Shown here: piece by piece, positions 40,806-52,308 of the stretch
How positions within the stretch are numbered: position 1 is the first letter of the stretch
Layout of the letters: every line of letters begins with the position of its first letter
IMG/VR virus record: IMGVR_UViG_3300021255_001748
Location: 1-64,000 of that record
Direction: 5' to 3' (one strand)
Length of the DNA stretch: 64,000 bases
Origin: a virus
Lineage: Duplodnaviria > Caudoviricetes
Program-made: the position numbers and the translations under genes
The notes under the pieces: model-generated
Database searches by the model: none
What the model was told of the DNA's origin: nothing
The model's input: the letters and a program-made list of their open reading frames with translations, nothing else

Positions 40806-40878
40806 TGGGGTGTCGCCAAGTCGGTAAGGCACGGGACTTTGACTCCCGCATTCGCAGGTTCGAGTCCTGCCACCCCAG
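40806..40878 (+). tRNA. tRNA-Gln(TTG)
   Basis: U1-A72; CGGGA-CTTTGAC-TCCCG. Confidence 0.92.
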
Positions 40879-40883
40879 CTTAT

Positions 40884-40969
40884 GGACATGTGGCCGAGTG
40901 GTTTAAGGCAGCTGACTTGAAATCAGCCGTAGTGAATAGCTACCGTGGGTTCAAATCCTACCATGTCCG
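40884..40969 (+). tRNA. tRNA-Ser(TGA)
   Basis: GCTGA-CTTGAAA-TCAGC; long variable arm. Confidence 0.9.
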
Positions 40970-40981
40970 TATTTTTATAAG

Positions 40982-41260
40982 GTGGTGATAACTATGCGTG
41001 AAACTGCCGAAAAGCGTCATAATGATTGGGTAAAAGCTATTCGTAAACGTAACTTATATCCAGATTATTATGATAATTTACATCAATATAGTAAAAACAA
41101 AATCCATTGTTCTTGCCCTATGTGCTCCCGCAAACGTAATAACAAAGGTGCTTATGCCTTCTACAATGGAACGCATAATTTATCTATTGCCGATAGACGT
41201 CGGCAAGAAGAAATGGATTATGAACTTGAAGATTTGACTTCTGACGAAATTGATGTATAA
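40982..41260 (+). CDS. hypothetical protein
   Basis: KNKIHCSCPMC motif. Confidence 0.6.
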   Translation: MVITMRETAEKRHNDWVKAIRKRNLYPDYYDNLHQYSKNKIHCSCPMCSRKRNNKGAYAFYNGTHNLSIADRRRQEEMDYELEDLTSDEIDV

Positions 41261-41284
41261 TATAATTGTAGAAAGGAGATAATC

Positions 41285-41770
41285 ATGCCTACTTTGTACA
41301 TTATGTGCGGTATTCCTGGCTCCGGAAAAACTTATTTTGCTCGTAATTTTCTTCATGCTGATGTTACTGTATCTCGTGATAATATTCGTTTCATGATGCT
41401 TGATGATGAAGATAATTATTTTGACCATGAGCCAGAAGTATTTAAAGAATTTGTAAAAACCTTAGTACATCACTTGCATTACTTTGATACAGTAGTAGCA
41501 GACGCCACTCATCTTAATGCGTGGTCTCGTAAGAAGCTTACGAATGCTATTGATAAGTATATTACCGATTACCGCATTGTTTATGTAGTGTGTGCTCCTT
41601 CTCTTCAAACGTGCCTCTATCGTAATAATAAGCGCACTGGCCGCGCCCGTGTACCAGAAAAAATTGTGAAAGAAATGTATGATAAATTTTGTCCGCCAGT
41701 AAATGACGCATACAAACTGGAAGACCCCCGAGCTGTTGGCGTTTGGTGGATTAACGGCGAACCAAAATGA
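41285..41770 (+). CDS. polynucleotide kinase-like P-loop protein (AAA_33)
   Basis: MCGIPGSGKT; VSRDNIR; DATHL. Confidence 0.8.
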   Translation: MPTLYIMCGIPGSGKTYFARNFLHADVTVSRDNIRFMMLDDEDNYFDHEPEVFKEFVKTLVHHLHYFDTVVADATHLNAWSRKKLTNAIDKYITDYRIVYVVCAPSLQTCLYRNNKRTGRARVPEKIVKEMYDKFCPPVNDAYKLEDPRAVGVWWINGEPK

Positions 41771-42363
41771 ATATTTTCTTCACTAGTGATACTCATTTCT
41801 TTCATAACCAATCATTCATTTACGAACCTCGCGGTTTTACTTCCGCAGACGAAATGAATGAAGCGCTAGTAGAACGATGGAATGAAGTAGTCAAAGAAAA
41901 TGACATTGTTTATCATCTGGGCGATGTATTGATGGGAAATTATGATGTTAATATTCTCAAACGACTTAATGGGACTATCCATTTAATTCAAGGCAATCAC
42001 GACACAGATAACAAACTTAGCGACATCTACGCAACTGGAAAGGCGACTAATATTACACAAACCAGCGAACTTATAAAGTTCGGCAAACTAAGACTTTTTT
42101 GTTGCCACTATCCAGTTCTTACTGCTAATTTTGATGATAAGCATTTTTCTCAACATATCATTTCATTACATGGACACACTCATCAAACCTCCGATTGGTT
42201 ATTTTCAGATAATCCCTTTATTTATCATGTTGGTTTAGATTCACACAATTGTTATCCTGTAAATTTAGATACAATTATTGCAGATATTCGTAACCGTTGG
42301 AACCAATTAGGCCAATTACCGATTATGTTAAATAATGACCATCATAAAAATTTCACCTCCTAA
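41767..42363 (+). CDS. calcineurin-like metallophosphoesterase
   Basis: SDTHFFH, HLGD, GNHD, CHYP, HGHTH. Confidence 0.85.
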   Translation: MNIFFTSDTHFFHNQSFIYEPRGFTSADEMNEALVERWNEVVKENDIVYHLGDVLMGNYDVNILKRLNGTIHLIQGNHDTDNKLSDIYATGKATNITQTSELIKFGKLRLFCCHYPVLTANFDDKHFSQHIISLHGHTHQTSDWLFSDNPFIYHVGLDSHNCYPVNLDTIIADIRNRWNQLGQLPIMLNNDHHKNFTS

Positions 42364-42441
42364 AAAGTCAAGAAAAAATTCTTGACTTTTTTTAAATTTA
42401 TAGTATAATATATATGTAAAGAGGAAAGGGGAGATTATAGA

Positions 42442-43293
42442 ATGGCGGTTGCTAAATCTTATGAAAACATGGAAATCATTGGCGAGCCTTATGCGCACGA
42501 AGATGACGCCAAAAAGCTTTACGTGCGGGTAAAAAGCCCGTGTCATCGGTGCGGTGGTTCCGGCCATTACTCCTATAACCCGATGGACGGTACTCGCTGT
42601 CTTGCTTGTCGTGGTTGTGGCTATGAAGTCAAAGAAGTTCGGTGGTATACTGATAAGCAGCGTGAAGCTCTCGACCGTGCGGCTGAAAAGCGCGCTGCGG
42701 CCAAGGCTGTGAAAGTTGAAGAGCGGCGCGTGAAGTTTGCCGCCCGCAATGCCTTTGGCTTTGGTGAAGCTGGTTTCATCACTCTTTTCAAAGGCGATAG
42801 CACCATTCTTAATGATTGGGCTCACGAAACCAATCCTTGCCGTGCTCGGTTTAATCTCCTGTTTGGATGGTTCTGCCCTTCCAAGCTTGAGATTGTTAAT
42901 CTTCCCGCTGAAATCACTCCCGTTGTCCTCAAGTGGGAAGACATTCACAATCCCGATGACCCGGAAGACCTCACTATGCGCGACGAAGCCGAAGTCCGCA
43001 AGCTTATTCACGAACTGCTGGATGACCTGAGCAAGAGTGAATATCAGGGTGAAGTCGGTGATTGGCTCGAACGCGAAATTACCATTAAGAAGAATGTTCC
43101 TGTGGATGGCCGCTTTGGTGAAAGCCGCGTTCACATTATGGAAGATGCTGATGGTAATGAGTATGTTTGGATTACTGCTTCCAAAAACCTTGAAGTTGGT
43201 TATAAGTGTGTAATGCGCATGAAAGTTAAAGAACATAAAGAATACAATGGCGTAAAGCAAACTGTTGTATATTATTGTAAAATGAAAGGATGA
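42442..43293 (+). CDS. zinc-finger plus OB-fold-like phage protein
   Basis: CHRCGGSG/CLACRG; C-terminal VKEHKEYNGVKQT; follows the promoter at 42382. Confidence 0.6.
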   Translation: MAVAKSYENMEIIGEPYAHEDDAKKLYVRVKSPCHRCGGSGHYSYNPMDGTRCLACRGCGYEVKEVRWYTDKQREALDRAAEKRAAAKAVKVEERRVKFAARNAFGFGEAGFITLFKGDSTILNDWAHETNPCRARFNLLFGWFCPSKLEIVNLPAEITPVVLKWEDIHNPDDPEDLTMRDEAEVRKLIHELLDDLSKSEYQGEVGDWLEREITIKKNVPVDGRFGESRVHIMEDADGNEYVWITASKNLEVGYKCVMRMKVKEHKEYNGVKQTVVYYCKMKG

Positions 43294-43541
43294 TAAGTAT
43301 GACTCTGTATTTTGAGAATAGTCGTGGCGTCTGGCGGCCGATTGCGGATTGCGCTAACAAGATAGAAGTCGGCATTGCTATTAAGCGATTCCTCGATGAG
43401 CATAATTATAAGAATTATTATACTCGCACTTGGGATGAAGATGGCTGGCGGCATTATGATGTTGGTAGTTGGAGTGAATTCTTTCATTGGCAGATAAGTT
43501 CGGAGGCTAAGATTCCCGATGGTGACGAGAGCGGCAGTTAA
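43290..43541 (+). CDS. hypothetical protein
   Basis: YYTRTW..YDVGSWSEFF motif. Confidence 0.6.
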   Translation: MISMTLYFENSRGVWRPIADCANKIEVGIAIKRFLDEHNYKNYYTRTWDEDGWRHYDVGSWSEFFHWQISSEAKIPDGDESGS

Positions 43542-43785
43542 AATCTTTGATAATAAGCAACAAAAAGAAATTATTATTCCATGTCATCGACATTGTGATG
43601 CTTTTCAAATTTTACATGATTTTGGATACACTATTAGAGATTTTAAAGAATTAGGACAGGGTTTCTTAAATGAGCATGATGAATATATGAGCCGTTTAGA
43701 AGCCATGAAAGAAGCTAAACGATGCCGTCAAGTGTCAGATTTTAAATTAGTAACTAGTGAATTATATAGTGAGGATTTATGGTAA
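43519..43785 (+). CDS. hypothetical protein
   Basis: PCHRHCD..QGFLNE..YSEDLW motif. Confidence 0.6.
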   Translation: MVTRAAVKIFDNKQQKEIIIPCHRHCDAFQILHDFGYTIRDFKELGQGFLNEHDEYMSRLEAMKEAKRCRQVSDFKLVTSELYSEDLW

Positions 43786-44040
43786 TGAGTAATGAATATA
43801 AAGATTGGCAATGGGATATGGCACAAGAAGTAGCGCTTAACAACGGCATTGTAGAAATTGAATTTTGTGATACTTATCGAGATGGGTACTTAGTGATTGG
43901 AAAAAATTTAGATTATATTCGTTGCGCATATTTTATTTATCTTGATGAGGATTATGGCTGGTGCTATCATGAATTAAACCCTTGATTATTGATGAAAATT
44001 ATAGTATAATAAATGTATCAAAGAAAAGGAATGAAAAAGT

Positions 44041-45282
44041 ATGTTAAATGCTAAACAAGAACGTGAACTTGCTTATGTTGTAATTATTGATGGTATTGAG
44101 CCTATTCCCGGTTATGATCGCGTTGAAACTGCAATCGTTGGCGGCTGGCATGTAATTGTTCAGAAGGGTCAGTTTAATGTAGGCGATCCGGCTATCTACT
44201 TTGAAATTGATTCCCGTGTGCCTTCTGATAAAGAATGCTTTGCTTTCCTTGAGAAGCGGCATTACAAAATTAAAACTTTGAAGATGTGTAAGACTATTTC
44301 ACAAGGTTTGCTTATGCACGCTTCCGATTTTGGTTGGGAAACTTGTGAATGGACCGATACTAATACTGGTGAAGGTGATGTTGGTATCGCCGATGAAACT
44401 GGAGAAATTCATTGGAGTAAGCGAGAATCTCGTTTCCTTACCAAGAAACTTGGTGTAACTTATGCCGACGATGAAGACAACCAGCGTAAGGCTCCTACTG
44501 TAGATAAGTATAAGAAAATGGCCGCCCGTCATCCCGAAATCTTCAAGAAATCTTGGGCTAAGTGGATGATGAAACATAATTTTGGCAGAAAAGTGATGTT
44601 CTTCTTCTTTGGTAAAAAGAAGGATAAGAAAAACGGCTGGCCAGTTTGGGTAAAAAAGACTGATGAAGAACGAGTGCAAAATATGCCTTGGATTCTAAAT
44701 GATGATGGTGACTGGATTGCCACCGAGAAGATTGATGGAACTAGCACTACTTTCTCTATGAAGCGCGGCAAATTTGGGCACAAATCTTTCTATGTTTGTT
44801 CCCGCAATGTATGCTTCGGAGAAGAAAGCAAAGAATGCTATTATGATACCAATGTATATTGGGAAATGGCTAAGCAATATGACATGTTCAAAGTGCTATC
44901 TAATTTGATGGCGGCTTATCCTAACGAAGAATGGATTACCATTCAAGGTGAAACTTTTGGTGATGGCATTCAGCGGCGAGATTATTCTCTCTGTGGTGAG
45001 CATGATTTTCTAGCATTCAATCTAATTTTCTCTTCTCGCGGTCGTGTAGGCACTCTTGAAATGATTGATATTCTAGACCCATATGGAATTGAATGCGTAC
45101 CTGTACTTGATCGTAAAATGAAAATTAATCAATTTGAAAATGTAGACGATATTCTTGCTTATGCAGAAGGTAAATCTTGTTTGGATAATCTGCCTCGCGA
45201 AGGTATTGTATTCCGTTCTATTGATGGTTCCAAGTCTTTTAAAGCTGTAAGTAATAGTTTTCTTCTAAAGTATCATGCTTAA
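44041..45282 (+). CDS. RNA ligase, Rnl2/Rnl5 (DRB0094-like) family
   Basis: N-terminal IEPIPGYDRVE..YFEIDS; motif I EKIDGTS; QGETFG; EGIVFR; FKAVSNSFLLK. Confidence 0.85.
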   Translation: MLNAKQERELAYVVIIDGIEPIPGYDRVETAIVGGWHVIVQKGQFNVGDPAIYFEIDSRVPSDKECFAFLEKRHYKIKTLKMCKTISQGLLMHASDFGWETCEWTDTNTGEGDVGIADETGEIHWSKRESRFLTKKLGVTYADDEDNQRKAPTVDKYKKMAARHPEIFKKSWAKWMMKHNFGRKVMFFFFGKKKDKKNGWPVWVKKTDEERVQNMPWILNDDGDWIATEKIDGTSTTFSMKRGKFGHKSFYVCSRNVCFGEESKECYYDTNVYWEMAKQYDMFKVLSNLMAAYPNEEWITIQGETFGDGIQRRDYSLCGEHDFLAFNLIFSSRGRVGTLEMIDILDPYGIECVPVLDRKMKINQFENVDDILAYAEGKSCLDNLPREGIVFRSIDGSKSFKAVSNSFLLKYHA

Positions 45283-45500
45283 TTTGTAAGTCAAGGATAA
45301 AACCTTGACTTTTTCCTAATTTATGATATAATAATTATAGAATAAAGGAGGAAATATGTTTGACGAAGCATTATGGGATGAAGCTTATGAACTAGCAATT
45401 CAACGAGGCCACGAAGAAGGCACTTATGGAATTGATTATGAAGAAGAAGATATAGAATATTGGGCCGAAGACTATTACAACTATTTGAAGGAGCTTCAAG

Positions 45501-46136
45501 ATGTTACCAAAGATTCATCTAACAATTGAACGCTGGCGAAAAAATAAAGAGTATGGTGTATATGTATCAACTTGTGGGCGGGTTAAATTGATTAAAAATA
45601 AGGAATTACTTAACCCGCGCATTAATGAACGAGGCTATTGCACTGTCTTCACAGACAAAGGCGCTGTAATGGTGCATAGACTCGTCGCATATACATGGCT
45701 TGGCGGTAAACGCAATGCTATGTATAATGTTGACCATATTAATAGTAATAAGCGTGATAATTCAATTAAAAATCTACGTTGGGTTACTATTGAAGTAAAT
45801 AATCAGTACGCGCAGTATACACAGACTAACATTGTGCCAGCGGCTACTGAAGTAGTAGAAGAAACGCCTATTGAAAAAATTGAAGATGAATTTACAATTC
45901 TTTATTCAGAAGAAGCAAGTATTAATGACAAGATAAAGGCATTTGAACAGTTGTATAAAGATAAGCGTCTTTATTTGAAATATAATGGACGAGCAATTAT
46001 AGAATATTTACAGCTGTTTGATATTAAATTTCCTGGCAATAAGCCAAGAAAAAATGTTTTTCTAGAAAATGTTATTAATGCTTGCATCAATAGGCAAGAA
46101 TATGGTGGTTATAAATGGGAATTAATTAAGAAATGA
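45501..46136 (+). CDS. HNH endonuclease
   Basis: VHRLVAYTW..VDHINSNKRDNSIKNLRWVT. Confidence 0.8.
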   Translation: MLPKIHLTIERWRKNKEYGVYVSTCGRVKLIKNKELLNPRINERGYCTVFTDKGAVMVHRLVAYTWLGGKRNAMYNVDHINSNKRDNSIKNLRWVTIEVNNQYAQYTQTNIVPAATEVVEETPIEKIEDEFTILYSEEASINDKIKAFEQLYKDKRLYLKYNGRAIIEYLQLFDIKFPGNKPRKNVFLENVINACINRQEYGGYKWELIKK

Positions 46137-46263
46137 GGTAATAAAATATGAATACAAAGTTACTACGACTAAAGTATGAATATAGAATTAAGTTACTAAC
46201 AATGAGAGACGAAATTGGTAATATGGGAATTATCAATAAGTTGAAGAGAAAGTTGAGAAATCT

Positions 46264-46292
46264 TGAAGCCCGCTGAGAAGCGGGCTTTTTAT
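46264..46292 (+). terminator. intrinsic terminator
   Basis: AAGCCCGCT-GAGA-AGCGGGCTT followed by T residues. Confidence 0.75.
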
Positions 46293-46310
46293 TTATTATG
46301 AGGTGAGAAA

Positions 46311-48770
46311 ATGGGAGATTTTGATTGGGCTCAAAATGGGCGATATATTTTTTTTTCGAGCCTTTATGAACAAAATAAAGTATTATATAGAATTGGTGTT
46401 CAACGATTAAAAAATACTAAAATTGCTGCAAGTCTTAATAATCAACAATCTAGTAATTTTGCAGAAGAACAAAGATTTACTGCTCAAATTGCAGCATATT
46501 TATCTATGTTGCAATCTATGCATCAAAATTTATTAAATAATGAATAGTTTTTTCTAAATCAAAATATTGATATTTTAAAAAAAAGTAAATTTTTTTCTAA
46601 TATAACAAGCATAATAGAAAGTATGTCTGATGGTAAGTCAATTACAGAAAATGAATACCGATAGATTATTGCTTTTTTTAATGTTATTTAGAATCATACA
46701 GATTTAGATACATTAAAATCTAGAGTTGATCAAGAATTAAATAATATAAAATTATTAAATGCTAATTTTTAGAAATTATCAAAAGAAGAGCAAAAGGATG
46801 CTAAATAGAGCTACATTGAAAATCCTAAAGCGTATAATAGCCAATTTGGAGCATAGTTTTATCAAACTATAGTATCTGAAGTAGAAGGAAAAGAAATTAC
46901 TTTAAGAAAAACAGAACTAGATACAGAAGCTTATGCTAAACGTATTAATAGTATATTAAAAAATTTATCGAAAAAACCGGAATTTAGAGACTTAATAATA
47001 AAAATTTATAATTAGCATATAAATGAAACTAATTTTACTGTGATTCATGAAGGATTAAAGGCGCTTATATTAGAGCAAGCCACATTAATAATAATGAATA
47101 AAAGTAATAGCGCGAGACAAATTAATGATTTAACGAATGAATTATTTATAACTATTACAGAAGCAATAAAAAATGTGGATTTAACTATTCCTACAGAATT
47201 ACAGCGTTATAATATTTTTGGTGGAGATGTAAAAGATACTACACTAGAAAAATATGCTTTAACAACAGATCAAAATCTTGTTTATTTATTAGAACTGGCT
47301 TCTAATGCGCAAGAAATTCTTGAAAAATATCAACAACTTGGTACAAATAAAAATTTAATTCAATTATGGAATGAATTAGAACAAATTGCTCAAGAAGGAC
47401 AATCTGGCAGGTCTCATCACGGTAGCAGTAGATATGGTAAAAAAGCTAATGAATTAAATAAATTTTTACGACAAAATATTGGATAGTTTTTTTTTGGAGA
47501 GAAATTTAGCGGTGATTTACGTACTTATTTTAAAAATCAGAAAAAAAGATTAGCTGATCTTTTAAAAGAAAAAAATGCTAGTTCTACTTATATAGACAAC
47601 GGAATATTATCTATCCTTCCTGAATTTGCTGATAGTTGTACTTTAACAGTAACAAAAAGTGATACCGCAGAAATAATTGCTTTAGCTTGCGCAGAAAAAC
47701 TGCCTAGTATTTTTGAAGGGAAACTTCCTGGAAAGGCTATTAATTTAAAAGATGATGTGCAATTTATTATTACACCCACTAAAAATATTGATGAATTATT
47801 AAAAAACTTTTCAAATAAAGTATCAAAAGAACGAATAACTCAAATACAAGAAACTGTAAGAATATTTATTAAAGAAACTATTGGTTCATTTTTAGATAAA
47901 TACCACGACGCAGGAAAGGGTTCGACAAATGTTAATATGGCTAAAAATATATATATAGACTTATTAAATGAATTACAAAAAAAATTAACAAGCATTTATA
48001 AAGATACAAATGAACTAGAAATTGCATTTAATTTATTAAAGAATACTATGTTAGGCGGCGTTAGTGTTAAAGAATATGGTATGTATAATAATGATTTAGG
48101 CTATCACGGAGGCTCACTTGGTGCAAGCGGTGCTCCTGAGGGCGTTTTAAATAATATTGAAACAATGTACAATTCAGGCGGTTTAAAAATGATAGATAAA
48201 GAAAAATTATTATTTGCTATATTAAATTGTGCTCCAAGTGCAATAGGTAGTAATTTAAAAGAAAATTTAGAAAATTATCTTTTAGGCGGAGCAGCATTAA
48301 TAATGTTTGATGAAGGATTTACCGCTGGTGCTAATTATGTTAAAGAAGTACAAGCAGAACTGCAAAATGATATGATGGTTGGACCTAAAAATATTAGTTT
48401 ATATTTTTTAAATAATGCTTATGTTCCAGCATCATATATTTTATATAATATCTATAATAGCGTATATGCATTTTATAATAGACTTCCTCATGAAGTAAAT
48501 CAAGTTAAACAACGAAATCGGGTAGTAATTACTAACAATGCTTCTGAAGCTCTAGTTTAGCGTTTAGAGGGGGATTCTAAAAATACAAAAGAATCTAAAA
48601 CATTTTAGGGCTATTAGAAAAGCTATAAAAGCAATTCTAATAATTTACAAGAACGTTTTAAAATTATAGGCCAAGCAGCAATGGATGAAATTACAATACA
48701 ATTTTTATTTATGGCTGGTATGCTCGACATTTTAGAAGATTTACAAAAAACATTAACTATAAAAAAATAA
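46311..48770 (+). CDS. large AT-rich hypothetical protein (819 aa, code 15)
   Basis: ORF fragments at 46311, 47040 and 47757 share one frame broken only by TAG; ends TAA; GAGGTG RBS. Confidence 0.75.
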
Positions 48771-48836
48771 GTTCAAATATATTAATTAATATTACTACAT
48801 ATATATCGGGGATAAGCCCCACGGAGGTGAAATCTT

Positions 48837-49271
48837 ATGAATGAGAATGAAATTCTCAACTGGCTATCTTCAAATATAATACAAATAATAATCATACTCT
48901 CCATTTTTGTCCAAATTTCCCCGATTAAATGGAATCCAATCTCATCATTTGTAAAATGGTTTGGAAAATTAATCACCTCTGATTTAGAGCCTAAAATTAA
49001 GTCTTTAACTGATACAGTTAATGATATTCAAAACCAAGTTAATGAAAATGAAAAGGATCGCATTCGTTGGGAGATACTTGATTTTGCTAATTCCTGCCGT
49101 AATGGCAGACTTCATACTAAAGAAGAATTTAAACATATCATTGATTTAAATGATAAGTATAAAAAATTATTAGCATTAAAAGATGACAAAAATGGAGTGT
49201 TTGAAGCAGATTACGAATATATTCGTCATCTTTATCAAATTAGATTAGAGAAAAATGATTTTCTCGTATAA
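48837..49271 (+). CDS. membrane protein, putative lysis-module component
   Basis: N-terminal hydrophobic helix; RIRWEILDFANSCRNG..HTKEEF; next to the holin. Confidence 0.65.
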   Translation: MNENEILNWLSSNIIQIIIILSIFVQISPIKWNPISSFVKWFGKLITSDLEPKIKSLTDTVNDIQNQVNENEKDRIRWEILDFANSCRNGRLHTKEEFKHIIDLNDKYKKLLALKDDKNGVFEADYEYIRHLYQIRLEKNDFLV

Positions 49272-49283
49272 GGAGTGATTCAT

Positions 49284-49517
49284 ATGGATTTTAAGAAATG
49301 GTTAGCAGCCGCAGGCATTCGTGCGATTAAAACTATTGCTCAAACTGCTATCGCCACTATTGGCTCTAGCGCTATTATTGCTGATGTAAATTGGGGCATT
49401 GTTGCTTCTGCTTCTGCCCTAGCTGGCATTCTTAGTATTCTAACAAGTGTTGCTGGACTACCAGAGGTTAAACTACAAAAGCAGTTAGAAGAAGCTACTG
49501 AAAATGAAGAAGCTTAA
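49284..49517 (+). CDS. holin (r1t-type)
   Basis: [33 protein letters not shown]. Confidence 0.85.
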   Translation: MDFKKWLAAAGIRAIKTIAQTAIATIGSSAIIADVNWGIVASASALAGILSILTSVAGLPEVKLQKQLEEATENEEA

Positions 49518-49575
49518 TATTTGCCTTTTCTGATATTTTATGATATAATAAAGTATAAAAGAAAAGGAGAAAATT

Positions 49576-50073
49576 ATGGATAGACGAAGTAAAGAGCGAG
49601 TAATCCCATTAGAAATTTACACCGATGGTTCTTGTAAGAAACTTGGAAAAAAGAACTTTGGTGGCTGGGCTTACATCGCTATTGAAGATAGCCAACAAGT
49701 CTATTATGCAACTGGCGGAGAACCTGATACTACCAATCAACGTATGGAGTTACAGGCAATCCGCCAGGCTCTTGCATATGCTGCGACTCACCGCAAAGAA
49801 AGTCAACCCGTAATTATTTATAGCGATTCAGCTTATGCTATTAATTGCTATGCAGAACGCTGGTATGATAACTGGCGACGAAATGGCTGGGTCAATGCTG
49901 CTAAGAAAGAAGTAGCAAATCAAGACCTATGGATTGATATTATTCCTTACTTTGAAAATGTATGGTACTACTTTAAAAAAGTAGAAGGCCATAATGGAGT
50001 TTTTTGGAATGAAAAATGCGATGAGTATGCACAACGAGAAGCACAAGAATTAAAAATAAATTGGCGAGGATAA
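49576..50073 (+). CDS. rnhA: ribonuclease HI
   Basis: YTDGSC; TTNQRMEL; YSDSAY; NQDLW; VEGH..NEKCD. Confidence 0.9.
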   Translation: MDRRSKERVIPLEIYTDGSCKKLGKKNFGGWAYIAIEDSQQVYYATGGEPDTTNQRMELQAIRQALAYAATHRKESQPVIIYSDSAYAINCYAERWYDNWRRNGWVNAAKKEVANQDLWIDIIPYFENVWYYFKKVEGHNGVFWNEKCDEYAQREAQELKINWRG

Positions 50074-50076
50074 GGT

Positions 50077-50400
50077 ATGAGAGAAGAATTATATAGTGTA
50101 ACAAGGGATGAGTATGTAGGGTTTGTTAAGTAGCTTATCCCACAAAATATGCACACTGAACATATCGAAAATGATGATGAAACTGCAAGTCTTAAAATTT
50201 ATGCTAATAGAGATGATACTTTAATCGCTGAACAATATCTTAATTCTGATGGTATTTATGAATATTATGTTTATAATATGCCAGCAAATGAAGATAGACG
50301 TGCGCCAAAACCTGTTTAGAAAATTGTTCTTGAAACGCAAGAAGAAGTTCAAGCATTTTTTGATATTTTACAAAAGGCTATGGGCAAAAAAAATGACTGA
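50077..50400 (+). CDS. hypothetical protein (code 15)
   Basis: open frame with two TAG read as Gln. Confidence 0.55.
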
Positions 50401-50582
50401 ATTATTTACAGAAGTCTCAGAATTTGATAAGCATTTAACAAGACTTGCAATTGATACTGCTTTTATGTTAAATGATGCGCCAAAAACAATTAAACGCATT
50501 GAAGAATATAGAACAGTTTGTTCTCCTGCTGTATAGGAGTTCGTTGATTTTTATGTACAGCTTAAATTGGAGGAAATGAAGA

Positions 50583-51137
50583 ATGAAGAAAATAATTCTA
50601 ATTAGCGGTAAAAGTGGTTCTGGTAAAGACACTTTTGCTAAATTTTTAAAAGATGAATTAGAAAGTCGTAATGAACGAGTATTAGTAATTCATTTTGCAG
50701 ATATGGTTAAAGAATATGCCAAGCTATATTATAAATGGAATGGCGAAAAAGATATTAGCGGCCGCCAGCTACTTCAACAGATGGGCACAAATGAAGTACG
50801 TGCGGTATTTGAAAATTATTGGGCTGATTTGGTAGCACAGTTTATTAAAGCTACAGAAAATGATTGGGATTATGCACTTATTCCTGACCTTCGCTTCTTA
50901 AATGAATTAAAAAGAGTTAAAAAGTTCAATAAAAATAAGTGCGTATCTGTAGGCATTCGTCGTTATACTGACGAAGGCGACATATGGGAAAATCCTCTTT
51001 TAACTGAAGAACAGCGTAATCATCCATCAGAAGTTGATTTAGATGACTACTGTTTAGATTGGTATGTTGATAATGTAGGTGCCTTTGAAGGCATGAAGAC
51101 TTCTGCAATTGAGTTTTTAAAAAAGATAGGAGAATAA
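50583..51137 (+). CDS. deoxynucleoside monophosphate kinase
   Basis: ISGKSGSGKDT; FADMVK; RQLLQQMGT; IPDLRF. Confidence 0.8.
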   Translation: MKKIILISGKSGSGKDTFAKFLKDELESRNERVLVIHFADMVKEYAKLYYKWNGEKDISGRQLLQQMGTNEVRAVFENYWADLVAQFIKATENDWDYALIPDLRFLNELKRVKKFNKNKCVSVGIRRYTDEGDIWENPLLTEEQRNHPSEVDLDDYCLDWYVDNVGAFEGMKTSAIEFLKKIGE

Positions 51138-51138
51138 T

Positions 51139-52263
51139 ATGACAGATTTTTTCTCTCTAGGTGTAATGAAATATTGGAGCCCAACTAGTGCTATGTCAGC
51201 AGAAACCCGGCGCCAACATTTAGAAGATATGGCGGCCAGCGGCAAATATATTTGGAGTGAAAAATTTGACGGTAATTTTAGCCGCGCAGTTATTACTCCA
51301 GATAGAAATGCGCTGCAAACTCGTGGTATTAGTAAAGTAACTGGTACTTATTCTGAACTGCAAGATAAAGTATTTTTCTGGAATGATGTACTTAAAGCTT
51401 TTCAAAAGACTACAGTAATTTTAGGTGAGTTATATTTACCTGGCGGTATAGACAAGGATGTAGGTAGTATAGCAAGATGTCTAGTTGATAAAGCACGCGC
51501 TCGTCAGAAAGACGTTAAACTTGAATGGCGTATTTTTGATATTTTGGCACTTGATGGTGAAGAATTTCTTGATAAACCAATTGAGTATAGAGTGCAATTT
51601 ATTCCAGAAGTCGTTAAACGTATTAATTCTCCATTAGTAAAAGGTATTCCATATCATCAAATGAATGAAACTTTCTTTGATGAGATTCTAAAAATTTTTG
51701 AACGTGGCGGTGAAGGGGCGGTCTGTTATAAGAAAGGCATTCTTTATACCCCCGATAAACGTTCAAGTGCTTGGACAACTTGTAAAGTAAAGCAAGAAAT
51801 TTCTTCCGATATTGATTGCTTTATTACTGATGTTGAAAATCCAACAAAGCTTTACACCGGTAAAGAATTAGCTTCTTGGCCTTTTTGGGAAGAGGCAAGA
51901 ACTGGTAAGCTTGTATATGGTGAATACTTTGGTGAATATCAAACTGGCGGTGCTTACACACCAGTAACTAAAAATTATTATTATAATTATCCGGGCGCAA
52001 TTTATGTAAGCGTATATAATCGTAAGGGTGAACCAGTGCAGCTTTGTAAGGTAGCCGGTTTAACCGACGAGCTTAAAACAGAACTAAGAGATAATTTTGA
52101 AGATTGGTACTTATGCCCGCTAACTATTGGCGGCATGATGGTTTCTACTGCAAATGCGGCCAAAGATGGTACAGGCATTTCAATTCGGCATCCTTATATT
52201 AAACGTATTCGTAAAGATGATATTAATCCAGAGGATTGCACACTAGAAAAAATTATCTCATAA
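51139..52263 (+). CDS. ATP-dependent DNA ligase
   Basis: SEKFDG; GELY; IFDIL; EGAVCYK; KVK. Confidence 0.85.
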   Translation: MTDFFSLGVMKYWSPTSAMSAETRRQHLEDMAASGKYIWSEKFDGNFSRAVITPDRNALQTRGISKVTGTYSELQDKVFFWNDVLKAFQKTTVILGELYLPGGIDKDVGSIARCLVDKARARQKDVKLEWRIFDILALDGEEFLDKPIEYRVQFIPEVVKRINSPLVKGIPYHQMNETFFDEILKIFERGGEGAVCYKKGILYTPDKRSSAWTTCKVKQEISSDIDCFITDVENPTKLYTGKELASWPFWEEARTGKLVYGEYFGEYQTGGAYTPVTKNYYYNYPGAIYVSVYNRKGEPVQLCKVAGLTDELKTELRDNFEDWYLCPLTIGGMMVSTANAAKDGTGISIRHPYIKRIRKDDINPEDCTLEKIIS

Positions 52264-52308
52264 ATATTATAAATAGCTGTCTCATTGAGAGATAGAAGGA
52301 GGGTAACT

